The notes beneath the pieces are model-generated. The model saw only the letters and a program-made list of their open reading frames with translations. It did no database searches and was not told the DNA's origin. The position numbers were made by a program, and so were the translations under genes. Of a DNA stretch of 64,000 nt, positions 57,858 to 64,000 are shown piece by piece (the first letter of the stretch is position 1; the number at the start of each line of letters is the position of its first letter). The stretch comes from Candidatus Poribacteria bacterium (GTDB lineage: Bacteria; Poribacteria; WGA-4E; PCPOR2b): the NCBI GenBank assembly GCA_965116925.1, contig OZ220744.1:1824001-1888000 (forward strand), read 5' to 3'.

Positions 57858-57879
57858 TTACATAAAGGAGGCAAATACC

Positions 57880-58683
57880 ATGGCAGTCATCACCGTTTCC
57901 AGAGAATACTACAGTCGCGGCACACAGATTGCCCGGCAGGTTGCCCAAGACCTGGGATATAACTATTTTGATAAAAATATCCTCACCGAGGTGGCACGCG
58001 CCGCCAACACAACCGCCAAACAGATTAGCCGCTATGACGAGAAGTGCGAGAATGGGCTGAAAGGTTTCCTCAAGAAACTCTTTGTACCGGAGTTCTCACG
58101 ATACCTCGATTTCCCGTACTACTACTACCCCTCCGAATTTCTGATGGATAGCTACCCTGTTGAGAGGGATACAGCCTTTGAAGAAGATCTGATTCCGACC
58201 GAAGCGGAGACATTGGGATTCTTCCAGCATGTCATCGAAAAGCTCTGGAAGTTGGACAATGTTGTCATTGTCGGACGCGGCAGCCAAATGATTCTCGCCA
58301 ATCTGCCAAATACACTCCACGTCCGCTTTACTGCGCCGGTGGCAGACCGCATTGAACGGATCATAGCGGATCAAGGAATTGTTTATCCCTTAGCTCAGAA
58401 AGAGGTTGAAGACGCTGACAAGCAACAGGCACAATATATCAAATATTCCTATGATGCCGATTGGGCGGATCCCAAGCACTACGATCTCGTACTAAATACT
58501 GGATCTATGAGCGACGAACAAGCGGCAAAAGTTATCATCACCGCTATCCGTAATCAGGAGACTGAAGCGCAGAACGGGAAAGGTGTGGACACATGGAAGG
58601 AAAAAAGACCAAGCGCACTCCCCTCTTTTATCTCCCACACCCCTCCGAGCATACTCCGCGACCAGCCCAGACATTGGGGCTAA
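57880..58683 (+). CDS. Cytidylate kinase-like family protein
   Basis: VITVSREYYSRG, VIVGRGS, LHVRFTAP..DRIER, YDLVLNT. AAGGAGG RBS. Confidence 0.88.
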   Translation: MAVITVSREYYSRGTQIARQVAQDLGYNYFDKNILTEVARAANTTAKQISRYDEKCENGLKGFLKKLFVPEFSRYLDFPYYYYPSEFLMDSYPVERDTAFEEDLIPTEAETLGFFQHVIEKLWKLDNVVIVGRGSQMILANLPNTLHVRFTAPVADRIERIIADQGIVYPLAQKEVEDADKQQAQYIKYSYDADWADPKHYDLVLNTGSMSDEQAAKVIITAIRNQETEAQNGKGVDTWKEKRPSALPSFISHTPPSILRDQPRHWG

Positions 58684-58787
58684 CGATGCTGCCTGATGAA
58701 TATGGAAAGGCAAAGAGAAGCCGAGTTTTTTCTTCAAAACTCGGCTTCTTTCTTCTGCTCTAGGTTGCTTCTGCACAATTTCTTAAC

Positions 58788-59381
58788 ATGAGCCAAGACT
58801 CAGTATTGAAAGAAGGTGAATTGGCTGTGACATTAGCGGAAACCTTTGATTTATGCCAAGAGATTGAGCTGAGACACGCAAAGCTATACGCGACACTATC
58901 TGTCCGGTTGGGCGATGTTGATGAACGAATTGCTCGGTTTTGGCTGGAGATGAGCGCAGAGGAGTGGCAACACCATCTCCTTGTCGGTTTTGGACGCTCG
59001 CTCTGTGCCCAGACTTTCGGACTAGATGGTCCCGCCCCTCAGTTTGCCGACGTATCTATCGAACGGATTAACGACACATTGAGTGAGTATGAAGAGCGTG
59101 TGCGTGCAAAGCAGGTCACTCTCAATGACGCATTTGAGATTGCCATTGCACTTGAAACCGGTGAGTCAGATACAATCTACGCCGAGCTGGTTGCGACCAT
59201 CAAAGACGCAATTTATCAGAGCAATCGACCCTATCTATTGGACCGCATCTCCCAGATGGAAAAGGATATGCACGATCACGTGAATCATCTGATTGATGCC
59301 GCCAAACGGTTTTCTATTAATCCAGATATAGTCCGAAAAGCACACCGCTTGACAGATCCCCACACCCCTCCATTGAATTGA
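58788..59381 (+). CDS. Hypothetical ferritin/rubrerythrin-like helical protein (start uncertain)
   Basis: E..H and EE..H patterns (IELRHA, AEEWQH, ALETGE, HDH). The ATG lies inside a repeat end, so TTG 58821 or GTG 58827 may be the real start. Confidence 0.6.
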   Translation: MSQDSVLKEGELAVTLAETFDLCQEIELRHAKLYATLSVRLGDVDERIARFWLEMSAEEWQHHLLVGFGRSLCAQTFGLDGPAPQFADVSIERINDTLSEYEERVRAKQVTLNDAFEIAIALETGESDTIYAELVATIKDAIYQSNRPYLLDRISQMEKDMHDHVNHLIDAAKRFSINPDIVRKAHRLTDPHTPPLN

Positions 59382-59457
59382 CCTAGCCACCTAACCAAGC
59401 ATGGAAGCGAGGAGGAGAGTGAGCGTGGAAACGAAAAAAACACGCCCCCTCGTTACC

Positions 59458-60204
59458 TCACAGACTCGTTCCCTCGTCCTTAACGCTTTCCGTTAGTTCC
59501 AAAAAGATGTCCTCCAAGCTCAAATCCGTCGCTGTGCGGTTCTGACGCAGCTCATCCATTGTTCCTACCGCAACGAGTTTCCCTTCGTTAATGATGCCGA
59601 TTCGATCACACACGCGTTCTGCGATTTCAAGGATGTGCGTGCTCATGAACACCGTGCACCCACGATCACAGCACGCACGTAAGAGCTCCTTTGCGATGCG
59701 AGCACTTTTGGGGTCAAGACCGCTAGTCGGTTCATCGAGAAACAGGACGCGCGGCTCATGCACCAACACCCCTATCAAAAGGATCTTCTTCTGCATGCCG
59801 TAGGAGTAGCTTTTAATCAGTGTGTCCGCAGTATCGGTAAGGTCAAACGCCGCTAACAGCTCCTCCATCCGCTGTTCTGACCGTTTAGGATCAATTTCAT
59901 ACAGATCTGCAATGAAGCGAACAAACTGCCTCCCCGTTAATGTCTCATAAAGGTTTGGCGTATCAGGCATCAATCCCGTTATCGCCTTCACCTGTGAAGC
60001 CTGTGTTCGGAGGTCGTAGCCACAAATCGTCACTGTGCCAGCGGTTGGACGGATTAAGCCCGTTAGCATGTTGATGGTTGTGGTTTTTCCGGCACCGTTG
60101 GGACCCAAGAAGCCGAAAAGCTCACCCGCTTCGACCTGCATAGTCAAGCCATCCACAGCGACAAGTTTACCGAAACGTTTTGTCAAATCTTTTGTTGTAA
60201 TCAT
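59458..60204 (-). CDS. ABC-2/DrrA-type ATP-binding protein with no adjacent permease
   Basis: GPNGAGKTT, YSYGMQKK, LDEPTSGLDP, STH, LEDIFLELT. Confidence 0.92.
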   Translation of the reverse strand: MITTKDLTKRFGKLVAVDGLTMQVEAGELFGFLGPNGAGKTTTINMLTGLIRPTAGTVTICGYDLRTQASQVKAITGLMPDTPNLYETLTGRQFVRFIADLYEIDPKRSEQRMEELLAAFDLTDTADTLIKSYSYGMQKKILLIGVLVHEPRVLFLDEPTSGLDPKSARIAKELLRACCDRGCTVFMSTHILEIAERVCDRIGIINEGKLVAVGTMDELRQNRTATDLSLEDIFLELTESVKDEGTSL

Positions 60205-60319
60205 TTTTACAGAGGAGTATCCAAAGTCGTTGTTAGTCCTACGGTTTACGCTTCACGTATTATATCATATCACCAGAGAAATTCAACGCTAGGGTTATTT
60301 ATAGTAGATTTTAGAATTA

Positions 60320-61684
60320 CTAAAGTTTAGACAATTTTTATTTTCTTGATGTAGCCGTATCAAGGGTTTGTTGAATATCGTCGGCATTGATGTTTTTACC
60401 GAACATCGCAGAAACTAATCGGTTTTCCATTAAAGCCCGTAGATACCGCACCATCAACCCGCGTGTCAACTTAGCGGGTCGATACCAATCAATGCCCAAT
60501 GTCTGAGTTACCTGCTCGATGGTTACCGGCGTGTCAGTATGGGAAGTGACAGCGAATAACAGTTGGGTCATGCAACTGGCTATGAAACTGAGTTGGACAA
60601 ACCGATTGATACTTTTTCGACACTTGACCCGATAGGTGTCAAATCCGAAGTGTTGCTTGGTGTCCCGAAAGGCGGTCTCAATCAACCATCTCTTTTGGTA
60701 GTATCGAACAATCTGCGGTAAATCTAGAGTTAAGTCAGTGGTAAAGACACAGAAGTATCGAAACGGCTTACGCCTTTTGTCACGCGTTCGCATCACCACG
60801 ACCCGAACGGGTTGTGGACACATTTTGGTTCGGGCGACTATACTTGCTATGGCATACTGTTTGTCGTCAATGTCAGTCGTTTTATACCGCAGATACGGCA
60901 GATGAATCCGTTTGCCGTATCTCTTAGGTCTGCCGGGTTTGGATTGCTTGGCAGCGGTAGGTAACCGATAGAACACTGCATTCGACTTGGCACGACACAA
61001 CAGGTGATGTCCCGCTTTAAGGACACAGCCAAACACTTTCTGTCGAGCGAATCCCCGGTCAAAGATAATCAGTCCCGCAGGGATGCGGCTGCACATCCGT
61101 TTGAGGACTGACTCACTAGTGTCGCGCTTTGTCTGTGGACACATCAACTTGACAAACACCGGAAAAAGTATCGTCTCGTGGACGGTGCTACAAAGTAATC
61201 CCAATGCACCAAACTGATGACCATGGTGAAACTTCGATTGATTCGTGTTGCGTGTGTGATAGCGATGGTTCCTGAAAAAATGAAGTCCAAATTGTGTCTC
61301 GCCGGTCTTTCGTGCGTGCGTCTCATCGTAAACGTAGACCCAGTTATCGAAACACCTCTGTAACAACTTCAGCAGATGGTGACCGACTCTATCGGCGTCC
61401 CACTTGCCACGCGAAAGGAACTTCACCAGCGAGTGGTAACCCGTTTTCGGACGAACCGCTTGATAAATGCCGGTCAGCGTCGCACCTTCGCGCTGTGTGA
61501 TAAGTCCCACAACAAAGACACAAAACAGATGAAAGTTTTGAGACTTGAATAACGGACGAAAATCGGTTAAAATAGCATTCAGGCAGAATATGAGGTACAT
61601 AACTTCTCCTTTCAAAATTGTGATGGATTTCTGAAAGGATAACCTCTTTTCTGCCTTTTTGCATTAAAATTGTCTAAACTTTAG
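60320..61684 (-). mobile_element. IS4/IS701-like insertion sequence, copy 2 (intact, 1365 bp)
   Basis: 19-bp perfect TIRs CTAAAGTTTAGACAATTTT. 8-bp direct repeat TAGAATTA at 60312-60319 and 61685-61692. Confidence 0.95.
60338..61600 (-). CDS. DDE transposase (one aa difference from copy 1)
   Basis: Same sequence as 6878-8140 except RIPAG versus RLPAG. Confidence 0.92.
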   Translation of the reverse strand: MYLIFCLNAILTDFRPLFKSQNFHLFCVFVVGLITQREGATLTGIYQAVRPKTGYHSLVKFLSRGKWDADRVGHHLLKLLQRCFDNWVYVYDETHARKTGETQFGLHFFRNHRYHTRNTNQSKFHHGHQFGALGLLCSTVHETILFPVFVKLMCPQTKRDTSESVLKRMCSRIPAGLIIFDRGFARQKVFGCVLKAGHHLLCRAKSNAVFYRLPTAAKQSKPGRPKRYGKRIHLPYLRYKTTDIDDKQYAIASIVARTKMCPQPVRVVVMRTRDKRRKPFRYFCVFTTDLTLDLPQIVRYYQKRWLIETAFRDTKQHFGFDTYRVKCRKSINRFVQLSFIASCMTQLLFAVTSHTDTPVTIEQVTQTLGIDWYRPAKLTRGLMVRYLRALMENRLVSAMFGKNINADDIQQTLDTATSRK

Positions 61685-61912
61685 TAGAATTAATGAGACA
61701 CTCCAAATCGGCGCAGTTGGAAACAGCGCCTACCAAACATGGGGAGCGAAAGTGTCCCTTTATTTTTAGAATTCACTATAGTTTTTGGTTTTTGACTGAT
61801 TTTGGAACGACCCGAACCCGTAGGCGGGGCACCTGGTCTCCCCGCCGTTGCGTTAACCAAGACATCAAGCTACGGAAGAATTAAATGACCCTCAATTCAA
61901 CGGAAATAGGCA

Positions 61913-61941
61913 TTGACAGAGCTCATTGACAATGCTATCCT
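61913..61941 (+). promoter_or_regulatory. Candidate sigma70 promoter for the UGSC gene
   Basis: TTGACA (61913-61918), 17 nt, TATCCT. CATTGACA is directly repeated with a 13-bp period. Confidence 0.5.
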
Positions 61942-62134
61942 ATCTATACACATGTCGCTCATGTTAAGATTTAATGCAAAGAAACCGAATATTCGTAGGG
62001 GTTGGGTCACCCAACCCTCACGGCGGGCGGGAAGACCCCGCCCCTACGATTTCGCTTCGTGTTTTGCACTTTCTTTTTATATGAGCCTCTTTTTATAGTA
62101 GCCATACATTTTTTCAACTCACAGGAGGTTTACA

Positions 62135-62668
62135 ATGGCAAACACAGTCTTACTCGATCCAATCGCTCCAAACGACGTGTCCGACAAATTTCTCGCGCCA
62201 CGCCTTGACGACCTCAACGGTAAGGTAATGGGCTTGCTGGACATCAGCAAAAATGGTGGTGACATCTTCCTCGACCGTGTCGAAGAGCTGATGCGCGAGC
62301 ACTTTGACCTTATAGATGTCGTTCGAGTAACAAAGCCAACCTTCGCACGTCCTGCACCGCAAGAGCTAATCACGGAACTTGCCGATCAGTGCGACTTCGT
62401 GGTTGAAGGACTCGCGGACTGAGGTTCCTGTATATCGTGCAGTGTGCACGACGGAACCGCTTTAGAAGAACGTGGCATCCCCAGTGTAGCGATCTGCTCG
62501 GATGTGTTTTTCGCTGCCGGAGAAGTGCAAGCGAAATCGCTCGGCTATCGCGATTTCCATCCGACTACCGTTGATCACCCAATCCAAAGCCTCACGCCCG
62601 ATCAGATCCGCGGTCGTGCAGATGGTATCGTTGAAAAGATTACCGCTGTCCTAACGAAGTCCTCATAA
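62135..62668 (+). CDS. UGSC-family thioredoxin-like selenoprotein (TGA 62420-62422 read as Sec), 177 aa
   Basis: The two track ORFs are in frame across one TGA, giving EGLAD-U-GSCISCSVHD. A hairpin follows immediately 3'. Confidence 0.85.
62423..62458 (+). promoter_or_regulatory. Bacterial SECIS-like hairpin
   Basis: GGTTCC/GGAACC lower stem and TCGTGCA-GTG-TGCACGA upper stem with a G-containing apical loop, directly after the TGA. Confidence 0.7.
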
Positions 62669-62714
62669 TGGTGAGACATTCTTTTTGAAAATAAGACTTG
62701 GTTGAAACAGTTAA

Positions 62715-62832
62715 TAGGACTTACGCAGTTGGTTCATAAGTCCCCCTGACAAGGGGGATTTAGGGGGTTGGGGAATTTAGGGGGTGAAAAATAAAAAATC
62801 TCGCATCACGTGCTGAATTTGCGTAAGTCCTG
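62715..62832. repeat. MITE-like element, TAGGACTTACGCA family
   Basis: TIRs with internal AAGTCCCCCTGACAAGGGGGATTTAGGGGG. Homologous to 6662-6808 and ~55225-55282. Confidence 0.75.
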
Positions 62833-62917
62833 TTGTTTTCACGTTTCACGCTCTGCCTAGAGCGCGTCCCAACAGTTGCAAACTACCACCATTGGTTAAA
62901 CAGGAGTGTGCACAGCC

Positions 62918-64000
62918 ATGAACATCATCTTTATCATGAACGATACCTTTCGTAGGGATCACGTAGGGTGTTATGGTAACACCTGGATTCAGACACCCAA
63001 TCTGGATGGATTTGCCCAGCATGCAGCGGTGTTTGAGCAATTCTACGCAGCTTCCTACCCGACGGTGCCCAACCGGTGGGACTTGGCGACCGGATGTTTC
63101 GGTTTTCCGTCTCGCGGGTGGCAGCCGCTAAGTCCTAGAGATGTAACTTGGGGGCAGCTCCTGTCTGCAAACGGTGTGCACACCCAAATGATCTGGGATA
63201 CCCCAATGCTCGCGATGCACGATTACAACTACACGCGCGGTTTTGGGGGGCTCAGTTTTGTGCATAGCCAGAAAGGCGATCCATGGATAACCACCCCTAC
63301 CCTCGACATTCAGCTAGGGGCACAACCCCATAAGATCCGCAATATCTCCGGCCTACAAAACTACCTCCGCAACCACGCCGCCCGCCAGTTTGATCGCGAA
63401 TTCTGCATTGGACGCGGGATGTCAGAGGCGATGGACTGGTTGGAAACCAACTACAACCAAGAGTCGTTTTTCCTCTATATTGATATGTGGGACCCCCATG
63501 AGCCGTTCGACTGCCCTTGGTACGACTACGCCCTGTACGCTGACCCCGATTATGACGGCGATCAGATGTTGTACCCAGAATACGGTCGTCCAACATATAT
63601 GTCCGAGGCGGAGGCGGCACATCTCCGTGCACTCTATGCCGGCAACGTTACACTGACGGATCGATGGGTGGGTGCATTTCTGGATCTGGCAGAACGGTTG
63701 GGACTCTTCAAAAATACCCTGATCATCTGGGCGTCCGATCACGGACATCTGTTCGGAGACCACGACCTGCAAGGCAAACCGGGAGCGGAGCTCGGCAAAC
63801 TCTACGAAATCACCGTCCGAATCCCCCTCCTGGTCCATCACCCTGAAGGGCTGGGAGCAGGCGAGCGGGTCCACGGTATTGTCCAACCCCCTGACATTTT
63901 ACCTTCAATCTTAGATTTCCTTGGAATCTCGGAGCCATCGCACATCCAAGGGGCATCCTTCCTACCTTTGATGACAGGAGACGCCGCAAAAATACACGAT
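62918..64000 (+). CDS. Sulfatase-fold (alkaline phosphatase superfamily) hydrolase, runs off the window
   Basis: Hand translation: MNIIFIMNDTFRRDHVGCYG...TPNLD...PTVPNRWDLATG...WDPHEPF...NTLIIWASDHG...RIPLLV. AGGAG RBS; open to the window end. Confidence 0.9.
   Translation, partial: MNIIFIMNDTFRRDHVGCYGNTWIQTPNLDGFAQHAAVFEQFYAASYPTVPNRWDLATGCFGFPSRGWQPLSPRDVTWGQLLSANGVHTQMIWDTPMLAMHDYNYTRGFGGLSFVHSQKGDPWITTPTLDIQLGAQPHKIRNISGLQNYLRNHAARQFDREFCIGRGMSEAMDWLETNYNQESFFLYIDMWDPHEPFDCPWYDYALYADPDYDGDQMLYPEYGRPTYMSEAEAAHLRALYAGNVTLTDRWVGAFLDLAERLGLFKNTLIIWASDHGHLFGDHDLQGKPGAELGKLYEITVRIPLLVHHPEGLGAGERVHGIVQPPDILPSILDFLGISEPSHIQGASFLPLMTGDAAKIHD

Noticed and set aside
59458..60204. Orphan ABC ATPase as the missing partner of the MacB-like permeases
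   Set aside because: Its motifs (GPNGAGKTT, YSYGM, LEDIFL) are ABC-2/DrrA-type rather than LolD/MacB-type, and it is 25 kb away.
6860..61684. Two same-orientation IS copies as a 55-kb composite transposon
   Set aside because: Copy 2 has its own perfect target duplication, the outer flanks differ, and the interval includes rpoZ. These are independent insertions.
61693..62208. Short ORFs at 61693, 61913 and 62002 (also 42355, 55109, 55512, 57588)
   Set aside because: They are translations of intergenic repeat elements, with no RBS or family motif.
62918..64000. Apparent gene-free or fragmented end of the window
   Set aside because: A continuous sulfatase-fold frame runs to the edge; it is missing from the track only because it has no stop codon within the window.
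1..64000. tRNA, rRNA, prophage, integron, retron or DGR
   Set aside because: No cloverleaf or rRNA signature, and no integrase, reverse transcriptase or phage structural gene recognised. A short tRNA could be missed by eye.

Overview
This is a bacterial chromosomal window, mostly metabolic and transport genes. Five PhyH-type dioxygenases, two Gfo/Idh/MocA enzymes, an NHL protein and a sulfatase-fold gene suggest Candidatus Poribacteria (inference only). Recognisable content: sat, modABC, hxlAB, rpoZ, ferritin, three MacB-like permeases with a long adaptor, and four IS elements (two near-identical IS4/IS701-like copies, one intact ISAs1, one truncated IS3). No rRNA, tRNA or CRISPR array was seen. 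Best leads: (1) a MarR/EctR-like regulated operon joining an uncharacterised SAM methyltransferase, an Opu-type osmolyte ABC transporter and an Ntn amidotransferase, a candidate new compatible-solute system; (2) a TonB-dependent receptor / T9SS-CTD-like surface protein / PorV-like cassette, with toxin-antitoxin relics on both sides of the receptor gene; (3) a UGA-recoded UGSC selenoprotein with a SECIS-like hairpin, split in two by the ORF track; (4) nested intergenic elements in which MITE-like shells with target duplications carry GTAG-type REP hairpins, including an IS insertion whose empty site is also in this window; (5) a sulfatase-fold enzyme with Thr at the usual Cys/Ser nucleophile position. 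All family calls come from motif recognition by eye; no searches were run.
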